From: Octopus vulgaris
Taxonomy: Eukaryota
Reading direction: 5' to 3'
NCBI GenBank assembly: GCA_951406725.2
Contig: OX597823.1
Span: 74,586,001 to 74,650,000 of the forward strand
Length of the DNA stretch: 64,000 nucleotides
Shown here: positions 13,411 through 25,839 of the stretch, piece after piece
How positions within the stretch are numbered: the first letter of the stretch is position 1
How the letters are laid out: each line of letters opens with the position of its first letter
Notes under the pieces: model-generated
The model's input: the letters and a program-made list of their open reading frames with translations, nothing else
Told to the model about the DNA's origin: nothing
Database searches by the model: none
Made by a program: the position numbers and the translations under genes

Positions 13411-14425
13411 TATGAATACTCACACACACACTCATATATATACGACTACATGTGTCTGTGTATATATGCATCTATGCGTGTACGTATGTATTCACGTATA
13501 TACGTATGTATGTACGTATGTACGTGTGTATATAAGTATGCATGTATGCATATATGTATGTATAACGAACATCCAAGAAAGTGAAGAGATCAATTCACAA
13601 TCAATATTAATTAGAACGACATCCTGGGAAAACTGAAAAAAAGCTACTTTCTTTAATACTTAATAATTGTCATTCTGCTGATAATGGAAATTGAGGAGAA
13701 ACTGGAATAAGAAAAAGTAAAAAGTGTAATTACTGTGAAAAATGCTCAGAGTGATGGTCTCTATACAGGTAACTACACACATATTTACGCAGAGAGAAAC
13801 GCATTATGTGTATACTTATGGTCTGCGGAAGGAAGAAGAGGTGTCTTCTTATGGACATATTTTAGTTTTCATCACTGCTCCTTAGAGAAAATGTATACTC
13901 CATCCTATCCCTCCCCGACTACATAGATAACTTACTAGTTGACTTATGGTAGTCTACACATTTGGTAGTAAATGGAATTTGAATATATTCGCTTGTCACA
14001 TCTCGTCATTAATTACATAATTTTTATTTATAATCATGACAACATAAATGAGAAGAAACGAATTTAAGAGCAAATATATAATGCCTCCATGTCACTAATA
14101 TCAGAATGTAAACACATTCATACTACGTTACTTTTAGCAGCAAAAATAGAGGAAGCATCTGAACTATGCTATTAATAAGAGATGGAATCTGTAAACAATT
14201 CGTAAAAGGGTGTGACAGGTGTTTCCTCTCCACATTCTTTTACTGTGCATCATATTATAGAATGATTTTGCATAGAGTATCATTTAACCCGCGGTCATCT
14301 TAATCTATATGATTACGTAATTGAGTATGTTACGATGAGCTTCCAAAATTAAAAATATACAATATTGGGCTATATAAACTTTGTAGACTATCGGTTTGCT
14401 GAATGAGGAAGGAAACCTGATACGT

Positions 14426-14470
14426 CTAACCTGATGAGGTAACAATACATCGGGAACGTACGTCCAGCGG
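14426..14470 (+). ncRNA. Degenerate minimal hammerhead ribozyme-like motif
   Basis: CTGATGA (14431-14437), short gta-acaa-tac stem, GGAA in place of GAAA, palindromic stem III ACGTACGT and GTC triplet; stem I not evident. Confidence 0.4.
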
Positions 14471-15463
14471 TTTCGTCTGTCTTCTTCCCGCATATAAGTG
14501 GTATAGAAAAAAATGCGCTTAGACTCTTACTTAGTCCGCAAGCAGATTATATAATTAATTTTGTTTCCATTTCTCTCCTGTCCTGTGTTTGCGTGCGTGT
14601 ACGCTCAACTGAATTTAATAGCAAAAGCTTTAGATAAATAGATAGACAAACAGACAGCCAGATAAACACAGACAAGTGCAAATTCGAAGACATGTTCATA
14701 TATATATAATGATGTGTGTGTGTGTGTGTGTGTTTGTGTGTATCAGGTCTGTGTGTGTGTGTTTGTGTGTATCAGGTCTTTAGTTTCGACCGGGATCCTA
14801 TATTTTTTTTCCTTTTTATTATTTTCATGAACAAAAACAGGTTTCTTCGATTTGCTTGAGGACATCATAAAACAACTTGTCAAATATACTGAACGTAAAT
14901 ATCATCTGAGCTTTCAAATGAGACGTAATACAAATTAGTCCACTCAGATTTGTCGTGGAGCGTGTTAAAACAGGCTACACAGGAGCAAACAACAAAAAGA
15001 GAAGCAGCTGAGAGATAAGAGAAATGAGAACGTAGATGAACGTTCATATGTACTAATTACAATCAGCTGGAGTGGCATAATTCGTATAACCTAAGGATTT
15101 CACTATAGCCGGTGACTTTCATATACTCTATTCAAATTTTCTGCCTTCATTTCCCACTATTACAATCCCTCATCTGCGCTAATCTAAAGAAATTGCACGA
15201 CCAAGGCCTTACTATTAAAAGATATGATAATGAAGAGTCGAAGACGTGAGATAATTGATAAGGAATACGTGATGGTCACATCACGTATTTCTTATAATAA
15301 AAGGTACATGTACACATGCGAATCTACACATGTACCCAGGCACTTGACTACTGTTTCCATCTCTCTTCTCTTACTCAGTTTCTCCATTCAGGATTTCGCT
15401 GGTGGGTAACATACGTTACTCACTTGCTGACTGTCATTCTGTCAATCTCTCTCCCCGCTCTCT

Positions 15464-15470
<7 letters not shown>

Positions 15471-15540
<70 letters not shown>

Positions 15541-15617
15541 ATGTGTGTGTGTGTGTGTTTGTGTGTGTATGTGTATGTGTGTGTGTGTGTGTCTCTGTGT
15601 GTGTGTCTCTGTGTGTG
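15471..15617. repeat. (TA)n(TG)n compound microsatellite
   Basis: Direct reading. Confidence 0.95.
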
Positions 15618-15949
15618 TCTGGTTGTAAGAATTTGAATGTCTTTTCGCTTGTGTAAGAGTGTGTCTGTAAGAGTTTTGTGTGTATAGGGAATAGAAATTT
15701 TATGCATTGGGTTGTTAGATAATTTCTTTCCCTTTTTAACATGTATATATTAATCCTTATATTTCACCAACAATCTAAACAAATGGATCCTTAATATATT
15801 CTCCTTCATTTTCCGTGACTTCTTGCCAACGTTTGACATGAGATATTGCATTCTGACATTAGAAATTTCGGTATTTGAATGGCAGGATTTACCAAACAAG
15901 ATATTAAACTCAACGTAGCTGTTGAACGAAACTCCTTGCCGAATCTTTG

Positions 15950-16856
15950 GGAGCGAACAAAGAAATTGATTATCTAAATATTTTACACTAGGAAAATAAT
16001 GATCTCCCCGAACTAGCGCTTTAATAGCGTTTTTATTTTGTTCAAATTAGTGACTTAAGGGCAAGAGTTCTCGTGTTGAAGCGTGCTCTGTTGTCGGTCG
16101 AGTCGTTTCAGCTCGTGCATTTCATGAGTATAAATATCTGCATTGACAATGTGGCTGTTTCCAAATCTCCTCAATTTCACTAAACCCAGCTCATTGCCTT
16201 GTGTGAATGCAGCTTGCTCTTGGCTTGAGATGTTGCTTGCCTGTATGGTAGCAGCCATTCATTCCCCTGTTTCACGTAGGCCCAAAGCCACCATTTTCAT
16301 TACCGGATGATATGCAGTAAAGGAATCTCTCCTCGTTTATTCAGAGCATAGGACACCCACAAACAGCTAAGTTTTTAGCTTCCCATCAAATGACGATTAC
16401 GGGACACAGTTTCATGAAAGCATTCTATCTGTTGTGCCAATTGTCTAGTAGTCTGGCGAGGTTCATCGTGGATGAGTTCGTTCAATCGATTCCCATTGGA
16501 ATGAACAGATGAGCCAAGATGTATACAATCTATGTGGTCGCATTGTCCTTCTTTAAATTGAGAAAACAATTTCTGTACAGTTTTAAGGTAATAGCTCCAA
16601 CTCTAGAATCTTGATTTGACAACTCTAGAATCTTGATTGAAAGCAAAAAAGAAAAAAAATGGAGTCCAAAATGCTCTTTAATATACATAGAAGCCCATCA
16701 TAATATATCTGTATAGGCGTAAAATTAACTAAAATTCCAGAACTGGTAAAAAGGATTATAGCGGATGAATAGAGTTACAAAACATTGGGAAAATCAAGTT
16801 GTCCTGATAATTCAAATAACATTGGACAGAACCAACAAATTATCTCACAACACCAT
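15950..16856 (-). mobile_element. Decayed mariner element
   Basis: ORF 16375-16569 FSQFKEG...RLNELIHDEPRQTTRQLAQQIECFHETVSRNRHLMG matches the mariner second HTH; WVSYAL and LQHENSCP (LHDNARP) downstream. Confidence 0.8.
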
Positions 16857-16975
16857 ACAGGTCTTATTTTAATAATTATTTCATGATTAATGATTGCTTT
16901 GGTCCTTTGGTAGAACTTTTCTAATCCCTACAGAAGAAGTGAGTTAGAGTTCCACGAGAAGTCTTCCATCGCATC

Positions 16976-17192
16976 TAAGGCAGTAAGTTGACGGAATCGT
17001 TAGTATGCCGGGTAAAATGCTTAGCGATATTTCATCCGTCTGGACGCCCTGATTTCGAAGACCACCAAGGTCCACTTTGTCTTTCATCTTTTCGAGGATC
17101 GTTCAAATAAGTACCAGTTCAGTTCTGGGATCGATGTAACTGATTTAGCTCCTATCCCTGAAACTTCCGGTCATGTGCCATGATTTGAAGCT
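16976..17192 (+). mobile_element. SINE family B monomer, diverged
   Basis: aaggcagtaagttgacggaatcgttag head, ctttcatcttttcgaggatcgttcaaataagtaccag core. Confidence 0.8.
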
Positions 17193-18964
17193 AATAATTA
17201 TTTCACAGTATTGTTTTATGTCTTCAGTGTTCGTAAAACTCTAACTCACCACCCTCTATATGCAGTATCATGTCTCATTTTCGTTATCTCAATTTTCATG
17301 TAACTTAGCAACACTAAACGTCATTCTAAGCCTCCTTTTTACACTTCCTATTTCTGGGAGCCCTTCTGATTAATAAAGAATACTATCATTGTTTTTGCAA
17401 GGTAATCAGAAATACGTATGTTTTTTTGTCCTTATGCGATGATAACGTGTTGGTAGGCACAACAAATGGTTCTCCGTAAAGAATCAGCAAAAACGCCATA
17501 ACACTTTTTAATAATTCATGTATATTTTCTTATTTTCTGAGTGGAATTAACGAAACCTGACGTTATAGTTTATATTCTGTTATAGTAAATTCTGTTATTA
17601 CTATTTTAAATTTAATTTTAAGCTACAATAAAATATTCTATCGTTTCCAATTTCTGATCTGCTTTTCACCTAAGTGCAAAGTGTTACATTTTATTAATTG
17701 TCTGCTTTGCTGTGTTATTTTAATCCAGACTGATTAATTGGAGACTTTTATTGGAAGCAGGTGTAAGCCATTTTGTCACCATTTTTTCTGATTATCTTTT
17801 CAATGATAATATTTTTTAAAGTGCTTATCATTATAACAGCTTTCACCTTAGTCGCACTTACATATATGTTTCATTTCATATTCAGAGAAAAGAAGTTATT
17901 ACACTCGTTTATGTTTTATGTTGTATTAGTTTTTCCCCAATTATTTTACAATATATATTTGAGTAATATTTTCTTTCACTGTTCGAGTTGATGATGTTTT
18001 TGTTTTATATGTTGTTATTGCTGTTGTTCTTGATGCTTTTGTTGATGTTCATCCTCGTCTTCCTTTTCTTTTTCTTGTTGTTGTTTGCACTTCTAAGGTA
18101 TTTGTCATGCAATGCCTTACTTTTCCATCTATTTCGCAACTCACAGCTTCCATTTGATTCCATTGGTGCTTAAAATTATAGTAATGCCAACAACTGGAAT
18201 GAAACTGCTTTGACTCTTATCAAATAACGAAACTGGATGCAAATGTAACTCACAGTGCAGTACCTTTAACTGTATTAATATATATATTTAGTATCATCCT
18301 GCCAATGTGCTAATTCGGGCATTAATTCTAAAGAGATCGCTCTGCTATTCATTTCCCCACTGAGTGAAATGACAGTATGATCTAACAAATGACTTACTTG
18401 CAACAATCACCTGAAAAAGCACATACATGATAGTGATCACACATTATATCATCCCACCAATGTTCTATGAGTGTAAAACTGTCAAAACAATTGTGGTGAT
18501 TTTAAATAATGAATGTCTTTCTATTCATTTCCTATCATTTATCTATTTACATAAACTTTATGTACACACACACACATACACACACACATGCATACACTAA
18601 CACATAGACACACACACGCACACACACACACACACATATATATATATGTATATATATATGCATACATATACTGACACATACAAACACAGACTCACATATT
18701 CAATCAAATTATTCAACAAGTGGAACAGATTTGTGTCCAAGAAAATACCCGCTGAGAAAAACTGCCAAGAAACACGTGTTTATGAATCTAAAATGTTTAC
18801 TTAAGATCCGTGCCATCGACTCTATTCCTCATTTGTATTATACCTCACTGCAGTACCTAAGCAACATTCTATTTCTTCAATCCGAACCTTACAAATATTT
18901 TTCTATATAAAAAATATCGAATGGAGGAAAGATAAAATAGGTGTAATTTGTATTCAAAATGTAA

Positions 18965-19210
18965 AGATGACAAGATGTCGCTAAGCATTTTGCCCGGCCT
19001 GGTAAGATTCTGCCGTGTCGCCGTCTTAGTAGCAGGATAATAAGGATTTCGAAGTTTGGCACAATGGCAGAAATTTTTGCATTTATTTTATGGACCAGAA
19101 CTTGCGAAGTCAGCCTGGGCAGAATTTGGACGCAAAACGTAAAACCGGACGAAATGCAGTCAAGCAAATTTGCTCGGTGTGCTAACTATTCTGTCATCTC
19201 ACCGGCTTTA
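18965..19210 (-). mobile_element. Two SINE family B head fragments
   Basis: ctaagcattttgcccggc...gattctgcc at about 18980-19015 and cagaatttggacgcaaaacgtaaaaccggacgaaatgc at about 19120-19160. Confidence 0.6.
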
Positions 19211-19593
19211 GTAGAAGAACAATATGATCATGACATCGGTTTCTTCCATAAGGATTAAATTTTTCAATATAACAATGGCCTCTTTAGCTTTATATGTTTA
19301 CATATTTGCCACTGTTACCTCGAAAAAGGTAGATCCCATTCAATAATCGTGGAACGTATACGATATGCTACAAACGAATATACAAAAATGTGCTGCTCTA
19401 AAATGTTTACAATAATGAGTTGTTCACAGTGTCATACACAAACATGCAGGTTAGACAATGGGAAGTTCAAATTTCCGATATTCAAGCATATATATTTTGA
19501 GGCATACTTATATGTATATACACACATATGGCTAACGTGTGTGTATGCCTTTCTACCCATCTGACTGTCTGTCTGTCTATGTATGTATGTACA

Positions 19594-19607
19594 TATCTAT
19601 CTATCTC

Positions 19608-19676
<69 letters not shown>

Positions 19677-19742
19677 TAATCTATCTACCTATCTATCTCT
19701 CAGTCTATCTATCTACCTGTTTGCCTGTCTCTCTAGTTATCT

Positions 19743-19788
<46 letters not shown>

Positions 19789-19921
19789 CAAATATATATA
19801 TGTATTTATAAACATACGTATGCAGAAAGAAAGAGAGAGGGCGAGAAAGAGGGGAGGGAAAGAAAGGGGCAAGAAGGTGTGGCGGGGTAAGGGAAAGAGA
19901 AATAGGGAGAGACAGAGATAA

Positions 19922-19961
<40 letters not shown>
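19594..19961. repeat. (ATCT)n, (TA)n and (AGAT)n arrays
   Basis: Direct reading; the ATCT and AGAT arrays are complementary. Confidence 0.9.
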
Positions 19962-19962
<1 letters not shown>

Positions 19963-20264
19963 CAGACATATATATAGAAAGAGAGAGAGAGTGAGAGAGA
20001 GCATCTTCATCTGTTTAATATGTGCCATGTTGCCATTGCCAATCGCAAGCCAAGGATTTATCCATATAGAAAGAATGACGGAAAAATCACTCCTGTCCGC
20101 AATAAGCAACTCGATTGAATTAACATCACATAGGTGGAAAAGACACAAGCTATATACTTCAGCATTTGTCTGGAGAAATTATCGAGAATACTGTGTTTAT
20201 TTACTTACCTCGTCAAAACAAACAGAGATACACAAGCATATGAATTTTCTTTATATTTGTGAAT

Positions 20265-20410
20265 TAAGGGGCCGGTATGGCTGTATGATTTGGTTTCCAA
20301 CCAGAAGGTTCCGAGTTCCATCTCGCTGTATGGCATTTTAGGTGAGTGTCTTCTACTATAGCCTCAGGATGACCAAAGACTAGTGAGTGAATCTGAAGTG
20401 AGCCCCGCGA
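20265..20410 (+). mobile_element. SINE family A 5' fragment
   Basis: tggctgtatg...gagttccatctcgctg...gtgtcttctactatagcctcaggatgaccaaag. Confidence 0.7.
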
Positions 20411-20554
20411 GAATGTGAATACATGCGCGCGCACACAGCAGACGCAACAGAGAAATACAATGGCCATGAGCTTCGGGCGTTGGCAATTATCAAAGGATAA
20501 CGCACGAAACATTCGGCCCTTGAGTCATTCTGTTGCTTCAGTTAAATATTAATA

Positions 20555-20727
20555 AATTATTTACATTATTTACAATTGACTGATATTTGCCTCATCTTGC
20601 TTGCTGTTAACACAACGCTTCGGCTGATATACTATCCGGCCTTCATGAGGTATCTTGGGGAAATTTCGAACATGGGTTCTCATTCCTAAGTTAATTTTCG
20701 ATGTTGTTGTTGTTGTTATTATTATTA

Positions 20728-20802
<75 letters not shown>

Positions 20803-20828
20803 TCACTGCTTGGTATCGAACTCGGAAT

Positions 20829-20832
<4 letters not shown>
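20555..20832 (-). mobile_element. Short element: tRNA-like B box + (AAT)n + hammerhead-like 3' module
   Basis: Minus strand: gagttcgatacc (B box, 20812-20823), (AAT)n at 20716-20798, hammerhead-like motif at 20610-20653, then a gtaaataat repeated tail. Confidence 0.55.
20610..20653 (-). ncRNA. Degenerate minimal hammerhead ribozyme
   Basis: atac-CTCATGA-a-ggccg...cagcc-GAAGC-GTT-gtgt. Stem I atac/gtgt, stem II ggc(c)g/cagcc; each core box is one substitution from CUGAUGA and GAAAC. Confidence 0.55.
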
Positions 20833-20886
<54 letters not shown>

Positions 20887-21318
20887 TAAATTAACAATTG
20901 AGGATAAAATCTTTAAAAGAAATTATCAGTAGTCAGCGTGAAAAACCTCGTAAGAGAAAAAATCTGTAAATTCTTCCTCTTTGAAAATATTCATTTATAT
21001 TATATTGAGGGAACTACTATTCGTAGATACCAACACGCTAAGAGGGACCAATGCGGTCAAAACTACTAAAAATAAACAAAATTTTACCGAATGCAAAACT
21101 TCAAAACACATCATTTTAAAAAATAATTCAGTTACATATCACATGTGATTTCGCATTTAAATGCAGAATATGCATTTTATGTTCATCAGTGCAACAAACT
21201 CAAGAAATATAAGAGAAAAACATAACATTACAAGCTCGATAGCCAACCGTAGAATTCGTCGTAGCATGTCCGAATGTTTATCTTTACATATCTATGAAAA
21301 TGGCGGGCTTATTCGCAA

Positions 21319-21369
<51 letters not shown>

Positions 21370-21471
21370 GAGTGTGTGTATTGATATCGGTATAATTTTA
21401 AAAAATAGATTTGGGTAAATGAATAATGATATGTATTATGCATTGTTACGCATATGTATATGTGTATATAT

Positions 21472-21697
21472 AATCTTTTATTTGTTTCAGTCATTTGACT
21501 GCGGTTTAAGCACCGCCTTTTTATTGAGCAAATCAACCCCAGGACTTATTATTTGTATGTCTAGTACTTATTCTATAAGTCTCTCTTGCCAAACCGCTAG
21601 GTGACGGGGACGTAAACATAGCCATATTGGTTGTCAAGCGATGTTGGGGGGACAAATATAGACACACAAACATATACATATATATTTATATATATAC

Positions 21698-21774
<77 letters not shown>

Positions 21775-21838
21775 AAGGGCTTCTTTCAAATTCCGCCTAC
21801 CAAATCCACTCACAAGGCCTCGGTCGGCCCGAGGCTAT
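21472..21838 (-). mobile_element. SINE family A, head missing, expanded internal (TA)n
   Basis: ttgtttcagtcatttgactgcgg...ccaaatccactcacaaggcctcggtcggcccgaggctat. Confidence 0.85.
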
Positions 21839-21883
21839 GATATATATCTATTATTAATCTTTGATCTTTAGTAATGATTATTA

Positions 21884-22023
21884 TAAACAATTAATATAAT
21901 GCAATATACAATATTATTTCGTATTTGACTATCTAGCCATAGATAAATAGCGTGCTGTTTATCTATGGGTAGGTAGTCAAGTACGAAATAATATTGTATT
22001 AATTGTTTAAATAGCGTGCTGTT
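21884..22023. other. Long hairpin (45-bp stem) with 16-bp direct repeat of the loop region
   Basis: 21906-21950 pairs with 21955-21999 (41 Watson-Crick, 3 G-U on + strand, 1 mismatch), loop cgtg; taaatagcgtgctgtt at 21944 and 22008. Confidence 0.9.
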
Positions 22024-22404
22024 ATTATCATAATATGCATTTTTAATAATGTGAAAGAATGAAAGATATTTCTTATTTCACCATAGTTCTCTTAAGTATT
22101 TTTAAAATACCTTTTAAAATATTGTTCCTGGTATTTAAAAAAAAACTTAATGTGCTAAGATATATATATACATTAAAATACTTAATAGTATACAAATATG
22201 TTTTATGGCCGTTATATTAATTTATTTTTCACATTTTATTTTCGATTTTACATTTTTGTTTTTGTTTTTAATTATTGACGCCCACGCTTATACTATATTA
22301 TATTATGTTATACTATATTATATTATATATTATTATATTATGATATTATAAGAAAATACTGTAATATTATATTGATGAATTTTAATTTTTGAAATATCAG
22401 CTGC

Positions 22405-22535
22405 ATATCTTTACGTTCTGGGTTCAAACTAAGCCAAAGTCGACTTTGTCTTTCATCCTTTCTGGGTTGATAAATTTAGTACCAGTGAAAAACTGGAGTT
22501 TTTGTAATCCCTCCCCTAAATTTGAGGCGTTGTGT
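22405..22535 (+). mobile_element. SINE family B fragment
   Basis: tctttacgttctgggttcaaac...gtcgactttgtctttcatcctttctgggttgataaatttagtaccag. Confidence 0.75.
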
Positions 22536-22560
22536 CTATGTATATATATGTTTCATTTTA

Positions 22561-23357
22561 ACAGGTATACTTACCAAAATTACATAGAAAATATCTTGAA
22601 ATACTAAAGAGTAAATCTATACAATAAAATCGACATTGGCTTCAACCACGACCTCCAATCAACTTCGGAACCTCCTGCAACCATTCTGGATAATCTCCTT
22701 GTTAAAGTTCGTATAATCAATGCCATCAGTTCATCTTTGGAGTTACAAGGATTGGTCACCACTCCCCACACATAATAATCAAGAGAGTTGCAGTCTGGGA
22801 AGTTAGTTGGCCTGATATTAGGGGTGATGTGGTCGCAGAAATTGTCTGACAGCCATGAATGTGTTCTCCTGTTTGTGTAGCAATGTGTAGAGTCCTGTTG
22901 CCGGACACAGGTTCTTCCAGTAACCACCCTCTTGACCCAGAGCTGCAATATCTCCTCCAGGCATTTTGTAGAAGCCTACGTGTTGTGTCCGAGGCCGTAT
23001 GGGAAGATGAATGGAGGCATAAATTCGCCATCACTAGCGAAATCTCCAAACACCATAATGTTGATTGGATGTTTGATTTTTATCTCTCTCGGTACATGTT
23101 TTGGGGACATGGCACGCCAATGATTGCTCTGTGTGTTCACTATATGTTCATATTGTAACTTCCATCGCAAATGCCGAGCAGTATAGCATGTCTTTTACAA
23201 ATTTCTGGCGGAGTGAATTGCGTCTTGGTGTTGTTTTTCTCATTGATGGTGCCTAACTGAACCTAATACATTGTGTAGACGACAAAAAAAAAATACATGT
23301 GCAAGTGCGAAGTATGAAATATCATATGGCGACAATTTACGCATCGCAGCCTACATA
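22561..23357 (-). mobile_element. Decayed maT/mori-type (DD37D) Tc1-mariner transposon
   Basis: KHPINIMVFG...MPPFIFP and QQDSTHCYT...FPDCNSLDYYVWG; exactly 37 residues between the QQD and LD aspartates. Confidence 0.85.
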
Positions 23358-24191
23358 TATAAGGAACAAGTACGGTAGTCGCTTCATTCAGCTAATATTT
23401 CTCCATCGTCTAATGATTTGAAAGAAGCAAACGATCAAAGATGTAAGACAGAGACGGCGAATTATGCGGAAAGCATTAGCAGAGTTTACTATCCATACCC
23501 ATAGATATTTTGGTTGATATATAAGAGGAATCACTGAGAAGATACCTCGAAAATGGTCGTCCCTAAAAGGGGTGGAATTGTGACTTTCTTGGTTAGTTCT
23601 ATCAATCAATGATCTATTTCATCAAAAACTAGGTAAATGAATATGGATCGATCATATAGTGTTTCAGGGATTATGTTGGTATATATATATATATATATAT
23701 AAACACATATAATATATGTCTGCGGGCCTGTGATTGAGTATATCTGTTATCTCTATCTCTTTCCACATGCAGACACACACTCACAAACACACGCAGTCAC
23801 ACACACACACACAAATTTACATACAGACTAACATTTCGGTGAAAGCTGTTTAAACCAAATCACCTGTAAAGAAACGAAAGAAAGATAAAAAAAAATTAAG
23901 TTTTTTATTTCACTTTTTTATTTGAACATTTTGAGAGACAATTTCCAACCGGAGATCGATTTTCGAAGCTGAAATCTCTAAAAAAAATGACAATTGAACC
24001 GAAAATATTCTTTTTGATTTTATTGTTACGTAATTTTCACTTGTGATGTTATCATATATATACATGGATGCGTATTCACTTACATAAGTATATATATATA
24101 TGTGTATGTATCGCTGACCTCTGAGCGTGCGTATCTGTGTGTGTGGGTGTGTATATATATATGCATACATATATACATATATGCAAAGGCT

Positions 24192-24247
<56 letters not shown>

Positions 24248-25024
24248 CATACATACACACACACACAAATATATATGAGATATGTTTATATGTATATATG
24301 CATATATATATATATATCTGCGATAGTATGCATTTGTGCGAATTCTTAGCTACAATTACTTTTTCAAATGTAAGTGTACAAAAAAGAATGCAGTAGATAA
24401 ATCTACGAAATCGGGCTGCATAGATATAGTGGACTTACGTAATATATTATAAGGAAATTTATTAAATCGTATTAGCTTATAACACACCTCTTCTTGTGCG
24501 TGCCATAACAGACATATCTTTGTTTTTATTGTGTTTATTTAGTAAATTGTTTGTGTTTGCTAAGGGACCTCTAACCACTCACACATTCAAAACCTCACAG
24601 GAACGACCCCAGTACTTTGGGGCAGATCATATAAGAAACCTTTAAAAACTGTATAATAATCATGGATTTACTCTGCTGGGGGACTTGTGAATCTAAGTCA
24701 AGTCTTAGAGGCCTCATGCCTCTGTAATCAATTGCATTAGTTCATGTGATTTACTGAACATACCATCAATGTCCTTCCGTAAGTCCCTGTGTAATCCCTC
24801 GTATGTTATCTTCTGTATCAATGGCATATAACTGCGCTTTGCTTATAATAAGTACAGTGCATCGAAATATCAGGTACTATCACCGTTTGCGTAGCACTTA
24901 GCCACAAATCCAATAATACACAGACCAGATTAGCCATCAACTATGTATTGGTTCTTCCCATAATTCATGTGGTTTCTCATACTACTGTTAGTTTTCAAAA
25001 TTAAGAAAAACAAATTTTTTTTTA

Positions 25025-25150
25025 ATCTGAAATATACTCTGCTCCATTTTCTACCATGCTCTTCCATCTATCTGGTAGACTTGCAAAGCCCCTCTTTCAA
25101 GATTTGACCGTGACGAAAACTACTCCTCCAACACTATTCGGACACACAGA
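25025..25150 (-). mobile_element. Mariner transposase C-terminal fragment
   Basis: Minus strand translates KRGFASLPDRWKSMVENGAEYISD* (cf. mariner GIMKLPERWQKVIEQNGQY). Confidence 0.75.
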
Positions 25151-25182
25151 ATTCATCATCCTCATCATCATAATCACCATTA

Positions 25183-25223
<41 letters not shown>

Positions 25224-25279
25224 GCATTTATCTCTCTATCTCTCTATCTCCTTTTGTATATATATATATATATATATTT

Positions 25280-25640
25280 ATAATTCAAATTTTTCCGTCG
25301 AAATGATTTGGAAGACCGCGGAATAAATGATAATCAGATGGGATAATGTCCGGTGAATATGTCTCCTTCTCTTGCACTCTCCTGTCTTTGAAAGAATATT
25401 TAAGAACTTTTTCTTCGCCCATTCCCTTCCGGTCATTTCAATATGTGAAAAACGTTGGCGATTTTCTTTGTCCGTCTTCCCTTCTTTGGACTCTTTTTTT
25501 TTCTACATTTCTGACGAAGAGCTCTGCTCGCAACGTTAAATCCTCCTTCTTTCTTTTCTTTTCCTGAGTGTCCAATAACACTATACTTATTTCAAGTCCT
25601 TGCGTTGTTGTGTTTTCTCTCAGTTCATGTATGGATTAAC
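25280..25640 (+). mobile_element. Short pyrimidine-rich element between (TA)n runs carrying a hammerhead-like motif (PLE-LTR-like)
   Basis: Flanked by TA repeats on both sides; contains the motif at 25507-25541. Confidence 0.5.
25507..25541 (+). ncRNA. Minimal type I hammerhead ribozyme, one core substitution
   Basis: attt-CTGACGA-a-gagc tct gctc-GCAAC-GTT-aaat. Stem I attt/aaat, stem II gagc/gctc, palindromic AACGTT stem III; GAAA changed to GCAA. Confidence 0.65.
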
Positions 25641-25656
25641 GATACGTACATACATA

Positions 25657-25732
<76 letters not shown>

Positions 25733-25771
25733 TGTGTGTGTGAGAGTGTGCGTGCGTTTGTGTGTGTATGC

Positions 25772-25839
<68 letters not shown>

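Noticed and set aside
16599-16640. Small two-copy tandem duplications (also about 14720, 36480, 55530, 55855)
   Set aside because: Ordinary slippage duplications of 20-30 bp
17988-18110. Hydrophobic ORF (+) or Q/E-rich frame (-)
   Set aside because: Degenerate trinucleotide low-complexity sequence
20460-20520. Additional hammerhead (ggcc...gcgtt/aacgc-ac-GAAAC...ggcc)
   Set aside because: No CUGAnGA box
24660-24990. Possible R4/Dong remnant (ELWEEPIH resembling WxxKxLHG)
   Set aside because: Single short motif; no further colinear support seen
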